Shown here piece by piece: positions 1 to 8,647 of a stretch of 64,000 nucleotides of DNA (positions are counted from its first letter, which is position 1; every line of letters starts with the position of its first letter). Under the pieces are notes generated by a model. The model worked only from the letters and a program-made list of their open reading frames with translations, did no database searches and was not told the DNA's origin. The stretch lies in the NCBI GenBank assembly GCA_041488255.1, contig JBGPOV010000003.1, forward strand, positions 13,247 to 77,246, written 5' to 3'. This stretch comes from Gammaproteobacteria bacterium (GTDB taxonomy: Bacteria; Pseudomonadota; Gammaproteobacteria; Burkholderiales; SHXO01). Made by a program: the position numbers and the translations under genes.

Positions 1-438
1 CTCCACCAGGTAGCAGGAGCGCAGATTGAGCTCGGCGGTGATGCGGTCGACGAGCTTGAGCTGGGAAGTCGGCACGAACAGTCCCACCCCGATATCCTGC
101 CACACGTAGTATACGTGGCCCGGCTCGGCGTTGATGACCAGCCCGGACCAGTCCCGTGTTTCGGAAATGACGATGTGCTCGCCGGAGTTGACTTCCCAAC
201 GGAAGTAGTCCTGCCCGCCAGTCACGCCCATATCCTTGCCGTCCAGCTTGACGTGGATCGTCCACCCGTTGCTGGGGGGAGAATTGCGGAACAGATAGAT
301 CACCGCCTTGCCCTCGACCGGCAGCATCAGCTTGGCCAGCGTGTCGGCTTTGGGCGGGGCGAGCGGCGCGCTGCCGCAGCCGGCGAGAAAGACGGTCATG
401 CAGAGCAGTGCGCTGGCCAACACGGATTTCAGGTTCAT
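1..438 (-). CDS. DUF2846-like lipoprotein, N-terminal 146 codons (gene runs off the left edge)
   Basis: Absent from the ORF track because it is open-ended. ATG at 438 (minus strand), frame open to position 1. N-terminus MNLKSVLASALLCMTVFLAGC is a signal peptide plus lipobox. The body (..AVIYLFRN..VKLDGKDMGVTGGQDYFRWEV..GHVYYVWQD..) resembles DUF2846. Confidence 0.55.
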   Translation of the reverse strand, partial: MNLKSVLASALLCMTVFLAGCGSAPLAPPKADTLAKLMLPVEGKAVIYLFRNSPPSNGWTIHVKLDGKDMGVTGGQDYFRWEVNSGEHIVISETRDWSGLVINAEPGHVYYVWQDIGVGLFVPTSQLKLVDRITAELNLRSCYLVE

Positions 439-510
439 GTGCATCTCCTACGATGGAATCCAACGGATTGGGTACCGGACGCTCGTGGCCCGGCAGTCGA
501 GGCGCCGCCC

Positions 511-1671
511 TTAGACATAGGCTGGCCCCTCGATGACGGGGTGGGCTTGGAGGAACTTCTCGTCCAGCTCAACGCCGATGCCGGCAGACTCGAGCGGGCG
601 AACGCAGCCGTCGCGGCTCACCTCGTAGGGCCGGCTGACCAGCTCGTCGCGGAACAGATTGTTCTTGGACACGTCGCCCTCGAAATAGCCGCCGTTGTCG
701 ATCGCGGCCAGGAAGTGGATGGTGGCGGCCATGTTCAGCCCGGTCATGGAGGTATGCGGGTTTATTGGCAACTTCCATGCCGACGCGAGGTGAGCTACCC
801 GCAGCGCCTCGGTGACCCCACCGGTCTTGGACAGGTCCGGCTGCAGGATCGTCACGGAGCCGTCCTCGATCAAGCGGTTGAACTCGAAACGCGTGTAGTG
901 GTTTTCGCCCGCAGCCAGCGGCACGCTGCCGAAGGAGGTCGCCAGATTGTAGCTTTCGTAGTCGTGCGCTGGGAAGGGCTCCTCCAGCCAGCCTACGCCG
1001 TGCTCGTCGTAACCGGGCATCACTTTGCGGGCGTCGGCCACCGTGTAGCCGGTGTTGGCGTCCACCAGAATCTCGATGTCATCGCCCACGGCCTTGCGCA
1101 CCGCTTCCACGCGCGCCAGATCGCGCGCGGGCGTATCGCCCACCCGCAGTTTGATCGCCTTGTATCCCGCCTCGATCAGCGGCTGCGCCTCGGACACCAG
1201 CGCCTTGGGCTCCTGATAGCCCAGCGATACGCCGCCGGCGTAGGCCGGGATCGGCTTCGACGCGCCGCCTAGCAACCGGTACAGTGGCGCGCGCATCGCC
1301 TTGCCGCGGATGTCCCACAGCGCCATGTCGATGCCGCTCATGGCCAGACAAGCGCCCGCGCCCATGCCGTGGCTGCCGAGCTGGCGCACGTAGATCTTAT
1401 TCCAAACGCCTACTACGTCGTGTGCGTCCATGCCCAGCACGAGTTGCTTGAGCGTGGTGTTGACCAGATGCGCCACGGCACCGGGGCAGCGCCCGTGGTG
1501 CGATTCGCCCCAGCCCACTATGCCCGCGTCGGTGGTGACCTTCACGATCACCGCGTCGCGCTTTACGGCGCGTCCGATGCCCAGCGTCACGCTGTTCTTC
1601 GCGTCGACCGGGAACGATGACGCATAGGCCTTGATGTCGATGATGCGCAGGCCCGCTGTTGCGCTCGTCAT
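511..1671 (-). CDS. Mandelate racemase/muconate lactonizing enzyme family protein (enolase superfamily dehydratase/racemase)
   Basis: Track ORF 511..1734. Family motifs present: KLRVG, VDANTGYT, LEEP, GENH. Start moved to the ATG at 1671, preceded by AAGGAAACC. Confidence 0.85.
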   Translation of the reverse strand: MTSATAGLRIIDIKAYASSFPVDAKNSVTLGIGRAVKRDAVIVKVTTDAGIVGWGESHHGRCPGAVAHLVNTTLKQLVLGMDAHDVVGVWNKIYVRQLGSHGMGAGACLAMSGIDMALWDIRGKAMRAPLYRLLGGASKPIPAYAGGVSLGYQEPKALVSEAQPLIEAGYKAIKLRVGDTPARDLARVEAVRKAVGDDIEILVDANTGYTVADARKVMPGYDEHGVGWLEEPFPAHDYESYNLATSFGSVPLAAGENHYTRFEFNRLIEDGSVTILQPDLSKTGGVTEALRVAHLASAWKLPINPHTSMTGLNMAATIHFLAAIDNGGYFEGDVSKNNLFRDELVSRPYEVSRDGCVRPLESAGIGVELDEKFLQAHPVIEGPAYV

Positions 1672-1881
1672 GGTTTCCTTACTCTGCGTTGTGGTTCGAG
1701 CCCAACGATACACCTTCCACCGGCGAAGCAGCAACGCCGCGCCAGCAGCCCGCCTTCATCTCTGCGCTTCAACCGCATCAGCGCCACGCGACGTTTCGCC
1801 CAGGCTGACGAGTCCCTCAGGCCTGGCGTTTGGTTCATCTTTGCTTCCACTGCGCGCGTCGCGGCCGCAACGCACACCGCG

Positions 1882-2409
1882 CTAGATTCGGTGGAGAGCA
1901 GGCAGCAGATCGAGTCCCACTACGCGATAGGCCGGACGGTAGGCGTCGCGGTACGCATCCGAGTGGTGAACGACCGGGTAACCCCGGGCGGCAATGGCCT
2001 TGAAATATCGCTCTACCTCGTCCCGGGGAAACGCGATGCCCCCGGCTGCGGCGAGATCTCCCAGACACCCGCAGAACCTCTCGAGCCTGTCGGGCGCGGC
2101 CGGATAGGCGCGTGCGGTCTGGACGAACGCGTCGAGGAGCACATCCACGCTATGGCCCGCCGCGACATAGGGGCGGAGATGGATGCGCGCCAGCTTGCCG
2201 TCGGGCGAGATCGGATCGGCGAGCGGATCATCCGGCCCCTCCTCGAGCCTCTCTACCTCCGCTTCGAGCTTGGCCCGAGCCTCCCCCGGTTCGTCGATTG
2301 CATGCCCCGAACCCATGGCGGCTTGGTGCAGCAGCTTGTAGATGTCCGCCAGCTCCATGCGCGGATAGCGCTGGAAGTGGTGGGCGAGCAGCTGGCCGAT
2401 GAACTTCAT
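1882..2409 (-). CDS. Hypothetical protein (175 aa)
   Basis: Clean ORF with a plausible globular composition. The opposite-strand ORFs look like shadows. No family recognised. Confidence 0.55.
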   Translation of the reverse strand: MKFIGQLLAHHFQRYPRMELADIYKLLHQAAMGSGHAIDEPGEARAKLEAEVERLEEGPDDPLADPISPDGKLARIHLRPYVAAGHSVDVLLDAFVQTARAYPAAPDRLERFCGCLGDLAAAGGIAFPRDEVERYFKAIAARGYPVVHHSDAYRDAYRPAYRVVGLDLLPALHRI

Positions 2410-2428
2410 TTTTTTCCGCCAACATCGC

Positions 2429-2872
2429 CTATCTGGTGACTAAGACCGGGACCTTGGAGTGCGTCAAGACCTTGGTAGTCTGGCTGCCCAGCACCAGCCC
2501 AGCCAGCCCGCTGCGCCCGTGTGAGCCCATGAAGATCAGATCGCATCTCTTCTTCTTCGCCGCCGCGATGATCGCTTCCCATGGCGCAGTGCGGGCCAGG
2601 TAGAAGCCTTCGTAGGGGACGCCTTCGGCCTTGGCTGTCTTCTCGACGAAGGCCAAGTGCTTCTGAGCCGTCTTCTCAGCCTGGGCCTGAAACTCGGCCT
2701 CTGACATGAGGCTGGGCGGTACGTACTCGCTGTACATCAGCGCCCGGTAGTCCTCGGGCGAGAAGAAGCCCACGACTTTCGCGCCCACCGACTTGGCGAA
2801 GGCCACCCCTTGGCGTACCGCCTTGCGGGAGACGGGTGAGCCGTCGGTCGGCAACAGGATCTTCTTGAACAT
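2429..2872 (-). CDS. Universal stress protein (UspA family)
   Basis: MFKKILLPTDGSPVS... and ..GSHGRSGLAGLVLGSQT are typical Usp motifs. The internal ATG at 2872 is preceded by AGGAGG. Confidence 0.85.
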   Translation of the reverse strand: MFKKILLPTDGSPVSRKAVRQGVAFAKSVGAKVVGFFSPEDYRALMYSEYVPPSLMSEAEFQAQAEKTAQKHLAFVEKTAKAEGVPYEGFYLARTAPWEAIIAAAKKKRCDLIFMGSHGRSGLAGLVLGSQTTKVLTHSKVPVLVTR

Positions 2873-3077
2873 GCCTCCTCCTAGCAGAATCCGTTGCCGG
2901 CCAACGCCGCGGCCGGCGGGGCACTGCGCCGGAACACAGTCTGTCAGGTCGGCGCGGCGGGCGCTTGACACAGATCAACCGCCTTCGCAAGTATAGCCAA
3001 GGGCCGTGCTGTACGCGTTGCGCTCCTTTAAACAAACCCGGGGTGATACATTTAGCCACTGCCGCCGCGAAACCCGT

Positions 3078-4097
3078 ATGCCCGAGGCACCCTCTCCACT
3101 GACCTTCCGTGCACTGCGCCTGCTCAGCGCAGGGGAGTTTCGCTCGGGCGAAGAGCTGGCGCGCTCGCTCGGGGTATCGCGCACGAGCATCTGGAAGGCG
3201 CTCCAGGGCCTGGAGAAGGTGGGGGTCACGTTGCTCCGGCGGCACGGCCGCGGCTACCGGCTCGCTACACCCATCGACTGGCTCGATCCTGCGCAGGTCC
3301 GCCGTCACCTCGGCGTGCACGCCGAGGCCTACGAACTGCGGATGGTGGACATGGTCGAGTCCACCAACACGACGCTGCTAGAGCAGGCCGTGGGCGGCGC
3401 TGTGGGCGGGCTGATGCTCGCTGCCGAGCTGCAGACCCGTGGCCGCGGCCGCCGCGGGCGCGCCTGGTACGCGGGGCTGGGCGGCGCGCTCACCTTTTCC
3501 GTGCTGTGGCGCTTCGATCAGGGCGCCGGGTTCCTGGCCGGGCTCGGGCTGGCGGTGGGGGTGGCGCTGGTGCGCGCTTTGCGCTCGCTCGGCCTGGAGG
3601 ACCCGATGCTGAAATGGCCCAATGACCTGCTGATCCGGCACCACAAGCTCGCTGGAACGCTGGTGGAGATCCAAGGCGATGTGCTCGGTCCCAGCCTGGC
3701 AGTGGTGGGCGTGGGGCTCAACTTCCGACTCGATCCGTCCACGCGCGAGCGCGTCGACCAAGCGGTTACAGATCTCGCGACCGAGGGCGCCCCGCAAGAT
3801 CGCAACCGTGTGCTGGGCCAGGTTCTCGCGCACCTGGCGCAGGTATTGGACGCGTTCCGGGCTCACGGCTTCGGGCCGCTGCGCAACGAATGGGAAAGCT
3901 ATCATGTTCATGCGGGGCGCCCGGTTACTGTGCGCCTCCCGGACGGAGCGCACGAAGAGGGGACCGCCGCCGGCGTGGGCGAGGACGGCGCTCTCTTGCT
4001 GCAGACCCGCGCGGGGTTGCGTCGTTTTCACTCCGGCGAGGTCAGCCTCAGGGCCGTCGGAGACGACCAGCGCCGTCACCGCGCATCTCCCTTGTAA
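3078..4097 (+). CDS. birA: Bifunctional biotin-[acetyl-CoA-carboxylase] ligase / biotin operon repressor BirA
   Basis: N-terminal HTH (ELARSLGVSRTSIWKALQGLEKVGV) and the biotin ligase signature GRGRRGRAW. Start taken at MPEAPSPL. Confidence 0.85.
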   Translation: MPEAPSPLTFRALRLLSAGEFRSGEELARSLGVSRTSIWKALQGLEKVGVTLLRRHGRGYRLATPIDWLDPAQVRRHLGVHAEAYELRMVDMVESTNTTLLEQAVGGAVGGLMLAAELQTRGRGRRGRAWYAGLGGALTFSVLWRFDQGAGFLAGLGLAVGVALVRALRSLGLEDPMLKWPNDLLIRHHKLAGTLVEIQGDVLGPSLAVVGVGLNFRLDPSTRERVDQAVTDLATEGAPQDRNRVLGQVLAHLAQVLDAFRAHGFGPLRNEWESYHVHAGRPVTVRLPDGAHEEGTAAGVGEDGALLLQTRAGLRRFHSGEVSLRAVGDDQRRHRASPL

Positions 4098-4105
4098 TCG
4101 GGTCT

Positions 4106-4837
4106 ATGCACATCCTTGCGGTTGACGCGGGCAACAGCCGCATCAAGTGGGGGCTGTGGGACGGGCGCTGGTCGCGCCAAGACTCGGTGGCGACGGCTGA
4201 GGTGACTGGGCTCGGTGTCGCGTGGCAGGCGCTGCCCGCTCCCCGGCTCTTGGTTGCCTGCAGCGTTGCTGATGCGCCGGTGGCGGAGTGGCTCGGTGCG
4301 TGGGCGCGGACCCACGGCGTTGCCGTGCGCTGGGTAACAAGCCAACGCGAACAGTGCGGTGTGCGCAACGGCTACTGCGACCCCGCGCAGCTCGGCGCCG
4401 ACCGATGGGCCGCTTTGATTGCGACACGTCACATGGCCGAGGGAGCTGCGCTGGCGGTCAATGCGGGCACCGCCGTGACCATCGATGCACTGACGCACGA
4501 AGGACAGTTCTTAGGCGGGTTAATCATTCCGGGACTGGATCTGATGGCCGAGTCGCTAGCCCGCGGGACCGCGGGGCTGCTGCGCGCCCCCGGGGCTGTC
4601 GCGCAGTTCCCCCGGAACACGGCGGATGCGATCGCGAGCGGCGCTCTCCAGTCCGTGTGCGGCGCGGTGGAACGCATGGAGAGCGCGCTCGCGGAGCGCG
4701 GCGCCGAGCCACAGATCCTGTTGAGCGGTGGCGCGGCCCAATTGATTCACACCTACCTGGGACGGCCCGCGCGCTTGGTTTCTAACCTGGTGCTGGAGGG
4801 GTTGCGCGTTATCGCGGCCGATGAGGGCAGCGGATGA
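4106..4837 (+). CDS. coaX: Type III pantothenate kinase
   Basis: MHILAVDAGNSRIKWGLW N-terminus. Conserved birA-coaX adjacency. Confidence 0.85.
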   Translation: MHILAVDAGNSRIKWGLWDGRWSRQDSVATAEVTGLGVAWQALPAPRLLVACSVADAPVAEWLGAWARTHGVAVRWVTSQREQCGVRNGYCDPAQLGADRWAALIATRHMAEGAALAVNAGTAVTIDALTHEGQFLGGLIIPGLDLMAESLARGTAGLLRAPGAVAQFPRNTADAIASGALQSVCGAVERMESALAERGAEPQILLSGGAAQLIHTYLGRPARLVSNLVLEGLRVIAADEGSG

Positions 4838-5466
4838 GGGGGCTGTTCGTTCTCCTCCTGCTTGCCAACTTCGCGCTAGCGGGGTATGCGTGGTACGCGT
4901 CGCACCAGGCCAACCCCGACGCTTCCCTGTTGAATCAGCAGGTGAATGCCGACAAGATCCGCATCATCGCGCCCAAGCCATTGGTGGTGCCGCCGCGCCC
5001 GAAGATCACTTGCCTGGAGTGGGGCACCTTCGGCGCCGGTGAGCTGAAGCCGGCCCAGTCGGCGCTAGCAGCGCTCGAGCTGGGCGAGCGGCTGACCATC
5101 CACGATGTGCAGGTGGTGGCAGGCTACTGGGTGTACATCCCGCCGCTCAAGAGCAGGGCCGAGGTGGAGCGCAAGATCGCTGAGCTCGAGAGGCTGGGCA
5201 TCAAGGACTATTACGCGGTGGAAGCCCAGGGGCCGGTGAGGAACGCTGTTTCGCTCGGTATCTTCAAGACCGAGGAGGCGGCGAGCGGCTATCTCGAGCG
5301 CTTGCAGCAAAAGGGTGTGCGCTCGGCCCGCGTGGGCAGCCGCGAGCATCGTGTGACGCAGACCGCGTTCGTCGTGCGCGAGCCCGACGTGGCCCTGACC
5401 GCCAAGCTCGCCGAACTGCGCCTGCAGTTCCCGGGCAGCGAACTGAAAGCCGTGGACTGCCCTTAA
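4834..5466 (+). CDS. SPOR domain-containing membrane protein
   Basis: N-terminal TM segment, then a C-terminal SPOR-like repeat (GYWVYIPP..AEVERKIAELERLGIKDYY..SLGIFKTEEAASGYL). ATGA overlap with the coaX stop. Confidence 0.7.
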   Translation: MRGLFVLLLLANFALAGYAWYASHQANPDASLLNQQVNADKIRIIAPKPLVVPPRPKITCLEWGTFGAGELKPAQSALAALELGERLTIHDVQVVAGYWVYIPPLKSRAEVERKIAELERLGIKDYYAVEAQGPVRNAVSLGIFKTEEAASGYLERLQQKGVRSARVGSREHRVTQTAFVVREPDVALTAKLAELRLQFPGSELKAVDCP

Positions 5467-5487
5467 ATCTCCGGAAGGGGGTCCAAT

Positions 5488-6210
5488 ATGGCCGGGAAGA
5501 GGCAATCCGAATGGCTGGCACCCTCGCGCGTCGTGTTCGTGGCCCTGCTGGGGATCGCCCTGCTGCAGGCGCTGATCTATTACCCGCAACTTCCCGATCG
5601 ACTCGCTTCCCACTTCGACGCTGCTGGGCACCCCAATGGTTGGTCGTCCAAGTCCGCCTACTTCGCGCTGCAGGGCTTCATCCTTCTGGTGGCGACAGGC
5701 TGCTTCGCGGCCTTGCCGGTGTGGCTTGAGCGCGCGCCCATCAAGCTCGTGAACCTGCCCAACAGAGACTACTGGCTTTCGCCAGAGCGGCGCGTGGCGA
5801 CTATGGCGCGCGTGGCTTCCGCTCTGACCTGGTTCGGCTGCGCGGCTCTGGTTCTCATGGTCACGGTCACCTCGCTGGTCATCCGCTTCAACCTGGGCCG
5901 CGAGCCGGTCCTGCCGGCCGCCTCGATGTGGGCGCTGGTGGGGGCTTTCCCCTGTGCGCCGCGCTGCTGGTCCTGCGCCTGTTGTACCTGGGGCGCCGCC
6001 CGTCACGCTGACGTGACGAGGCTGTCAAGCGGGCTGAGCTGCGAGCTTTTGCAGCTTGTGAGTGCCGCCGGGTGCGGGCTCCAGCGCCACCCGTTGTGGG
6101 TGGTAGCACGCCAACTCATCGCGGTGGCCTATGCTCACGATGGTGGAGTCTTTCAGCCGATGCGTGAGCAGGTCGTAGAGCCGGGTCTGGCTGGCGTCGT
6201 CCAGGTTTGA
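5488..6210 (+). CDS. DUF1648-like integral membrane protein. The 3' end is probably frameshifted; the alternative stop is at 6009-6011.
   Basis: YYPQLPDRLASHFDAAGHPNGW is the DUF1648 N-terminal pattern, followed by 3-4 TM segments. After the G5 run at 5940-5944 the annotated frame turns Cys/Arg-rich and overlaps the convergent ABC gene by 186 nt. Confidence 0.55.
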   Translation: MAGKRQSEWLAPSRVVFVALLGIALLQALIYYPQLPDRLASHFDAAGHPNGWSSKSAYFALQGFILLVATGCFAALPVWLERAPIKLVNLPNRDYWLSPERRVATMARVASALTWFGCAALVLMVTVTSLVIRFNLGREPVLPAASMWALVGAFPCAPRCWSCACCTWGAARHADVTRLSSGLSCELLQLVSAAGCGLQRHPLWVVARQLIAVAYAHDGGVFQPMREQVVEPGLAGVVQV

Positions 6211-7770
6211 GCTTGCCTCGTCCAGGAACAGCCAGGCTGGCTTCTGCAGCAGCGCACGCGCGAAGGCCACCCGCTGCTGCTCGCCGCCGGACAATTGCAG
6301 GGGCCAGTTCGCCGACTCGTCCAGGCGCGCGATGAGATGGGGCAGACCCACGGCGGTTAGGGCATCCATCACCTCCTCGTCGCTGCGGGATAGCGAGCCC
6401 ATCGGATAGAGCACGACCTCGCGCAGCGTGCCCAGCGGGAAGTAGGGGCGCTGCGGGAGGAACAACGCCTGGAAGTCCTGTGGCTGGTAGATGTGTCCGC
6501 GTCCGAAGGGCCAGATGCCGGCGATGGCGCGGAACAACGTGCTTTTGCCCGAGCCGGACGGACCCTGCACCAGCACCCGCGCGCCCTGCGCGATGGTGAG
6601 ATTTGCGTTCGAAAGCAGCGGCTGTCCGTTGGGTAGGTCCAGCTCGACGTGATCCAGCGCCAGCGTCGCACCGCCGTCTGTCAGTGTGGCGATACCCGGG
6701 TTTGTCCGAGTCTGTTCCTGGCAGGAGACGACGGCGTTGTGAAAGCCGGTCAACCGGTCTACGGTGGCCTTCCACGCTGCGATGCTGGAATACACATTGA
6801 CGAACCAGCTGAGCGCTTCCTGGACCTTGCCGAACGCGTGCGAGATCTGGATCAGCCCGCCCATCTGGATCGCGCCGGAAAAGAAACGCGGGGCGGCGAC
6901 CAGGAAGGGAAATATGACGGCGATCTGGTTGTAGGTGATGGTGAAGAAGTTCAGGTTCTTCTGCCGCCGCATGATCGACCACCAGTTGGAAAACACCTGC
7001 GTGAAGCGATTGCGCAACCCGCGCATCTCGTCTTCCTCGCCGTGGTACAGCGCCACTCCTTCCATGTTCTCGCGGAACCGGACCAGGTTGAAACGGAAAT
7101 CGGCCTCGAATCGCTGCTGGTTGAAGTTGAGCGTGATCAGCGGCTTCCCTATCTTGTGGGCTAGCCGGGTGCCGACCACGGCGTAGCCGAGCGCCACCCA
7201 CACCATATAGCCATAGAACACGTAGGTCTGCCCGCCGATTGCGAACTCGAGCGTTCCTGAAAGCGTCCACAGGATCCCCAGGAAGGCGACCAGTGTGACC
7301 ACGGCATTCAGCAGCCCGAGGGAGAGCGACAAGGTGGAGTCTACGAACAGTTTCAGGTCCTCCGCGATCCGCTGGTCGGGGTTGTCGGTCTGACTGGCGG
7401 TCAGCTGCATCCGGTAGTAGGTGCGGTCGGCCAACCACTCCTTCAGGTATCTCTCGGTGAGCCAGCGACGCCACCGGATCTGGAGCATCTGGTTGAGATA
7501 GGTCGCGTATACGTAGATCACGATGTAGATGCCCGCGAGGACACAGAACCGTAGCATCTGGTGGAAGAACTCGGATTTGTTCTTGTCCTGCATCGTGTTG
7601 TAGAACAGGTTGTACCATGTGTTGAACTGGACATCCATATACACGCTGGCCAAGGTGAGCGCGACGATGGCGAACAGCAGCAGCCGCGCAGTCACTCTCT
7701 CCTCGGAAAACCAGTAGGGCTTGAACAGCGCCCAGAAGTCGTGCCAGAAACCCGATCTGACCATGCTCAT
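6025..7770 (-). CDS. ABC transporter, fused permease/ATPase, SbmA/BacA-like (YddA/ABCD-type) family
   Basis: N-terminal 6-TM SbmA/BacA-like domain. Walker A GPSGSGKST, signature LSGGEQQR, Walker B WLFLDEA. Confidence 0.85.
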   Translation of the reverse strand: MSMVRSGFWHDFWALFKPYWFSEERVTARLLLFAIVALTLASVYMDVQFNTWYNLFYNTMQDKNKSEFFHQMLRFCVLAGIYIVIYVYATYLNQMLQIRWRRWLTERYLKEWLADRTYYRMQLTASQTDNPDQRIAEDLKLFVDSTLSLSLGLLNAVVTLVAFLGILWTLSGTLEFAIGGQTYVFYGYMVWVALGYAVVGTRLAHKIGKPLITLNFNQQRFEADFRFNLVRFRENMEGVALYHGEEDEMRGLRNRFTQVFSNWWSIMRRQKNLNFFTITYNQIAVIFPFLVAAPRFFSGAIQMGGLIQISHAFGKVQEALSWFVNVYSSIAAWKATVDRLTGFHNAVVSCQEQTRTNPGIATLTDGGATLALDHVELDLPNGQPLLSNANLTIAQGARVLVQGPSGSGKSTLFRAIAGIWPFGRGHIYQPQDFQALFLPQRPYFPLGTLREVVLYPMGSLSRSDEEVMDALTAVGLPHLIARLDESANWPLQLSGGEQQRVAFARALLQKPAWLFLDEASSNLDDASQTRLYDLLTHRLKDSTIVSIGHRDELACYHPQRVALEPAPGGTHKLQKLAAQPA

Positions 7771-8408
7771 GCCATTGCTCCCGTTGGTATTGTCGTGGGT
7801 GGCAGGCGCGCGCGTCTGGCCTTGGCGCCGCTTACCACCGAATGGGTGAGTACGTCCACAGTGTAACCCAGCCTCACCAGGGAGAGCCGCGTGTAGCTCG
7901 GGGCCTAGTGCTGCGTCGGAGAGCCGTAGCGCGCGGGCACGAGCTTGCCAACTGCGCAGAGAATCCGGACCTGACCTAGCAAGTCAGCGCGATCGTCCCC
8001 GCATCCGAACCGTGGAGTTGCAGAACAGGCTTGCACGGCCTCGAATCCGCGCCGATGGGAAGATTCTGTGACAAAGCTGACGCCAGCCTTAACCGATCGT
8101 CGCAGGCCAGATGCCCCGGAGAGCAGTGGGCCCGGCCGCTGCAAGCAAAGTCCGACAGGCGCCAGGCGACTGCGACGTATCACCTGATTTGGGTGAGGTC
8201 GCGCGGCAATCTATCTACCGCCTCGCCCCATCGGGCTCAAAAGTGACGTGCAGCGACAGCTTGCGCCGCTGTAGCGCAAAAAAGCTTGAACATAATCCGC
8301 TATTTAACACAGCTCTAAAGTTTTCCCGCCGGCTGTCGTAGGAGGGCAGTAGGTTAAGAGTCTCGTAAGAGAAGCAACCGTTGCAGCCCGCGATAGTTCG
8401 TGCGGGCA

Positions 8409-8497
8409 TGTTCGACAAGGGCAAACCCGAGCGAAAGCCGGGGGCGCAAAGTTACCGGTCTAAGGGCGAGAGCCTAGGACAGCGGGACCGCCGGACA
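8409..8497 (+). promoter_or_regulatory. c-di-GMP-I (GEMM-I) riboswitch aptamer
   Basis: ACAAGGGCAAACC / CCCG(A)GC-GAAA-GCCGGG hairpin / GGGGCGCAAAG / CCGGTCTAAG-GGC-GAGA-GCC-TAGGACAGCGGGA match the conserved GEMM-I blocks (Vc2-like) in order. Closing helix is TGTTCG 8409-8414 with CGGACA 8492-8497. Lies about 150 nt upstream of the pilin operon. Confidence 0.75.
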
Positions 8498-8647
8498 ACG
8501 GGCGCACGCCGTCGTGCTGCGCCCTCTGGTAGTCCTTTCTCCTCGCCCATTCCCGGTGTGACTGGTTAGCTTCCCGCCCCGAGTCTGCTTGACGCTCTGG
8601 GCGCCACCCTTGATGTGTCAGGGTCGGTCGGTTCGAGGAGGGTTGAT

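Noticed and set aside
115-1272. 385-aa + strand ORF, plus its smaller neighbours
   Set aside because: It lies entirely antisense to the lipoprotein gene (1..438) and the enolase-superfamily gene (511..1671), both of which have recognisable family motifs. Its composition is Arg/Ala/Gly-rich, typical of a shadow ORF in high-GC DNA.
7944-8002. TPP-riboswitch-like resemblance on the minus strand (GGGGACG..GCTGAC..GGTCCGGAT..GCGCAG)
   Set aside because: It lacks the invariant CUGAGA. The CCGGAT segment has no complementary partner to form the pyrimidine-sensor helix. I treat it as a chance similarity in GC-rich sequence.
8037-8053. tRNA T-arm look-alike (GGCCTCGAATCCGCGCC)
   Set aside because: No flanking acceptor, D or anticodon stems can be drawn, and the T-stem halves are not complementary.
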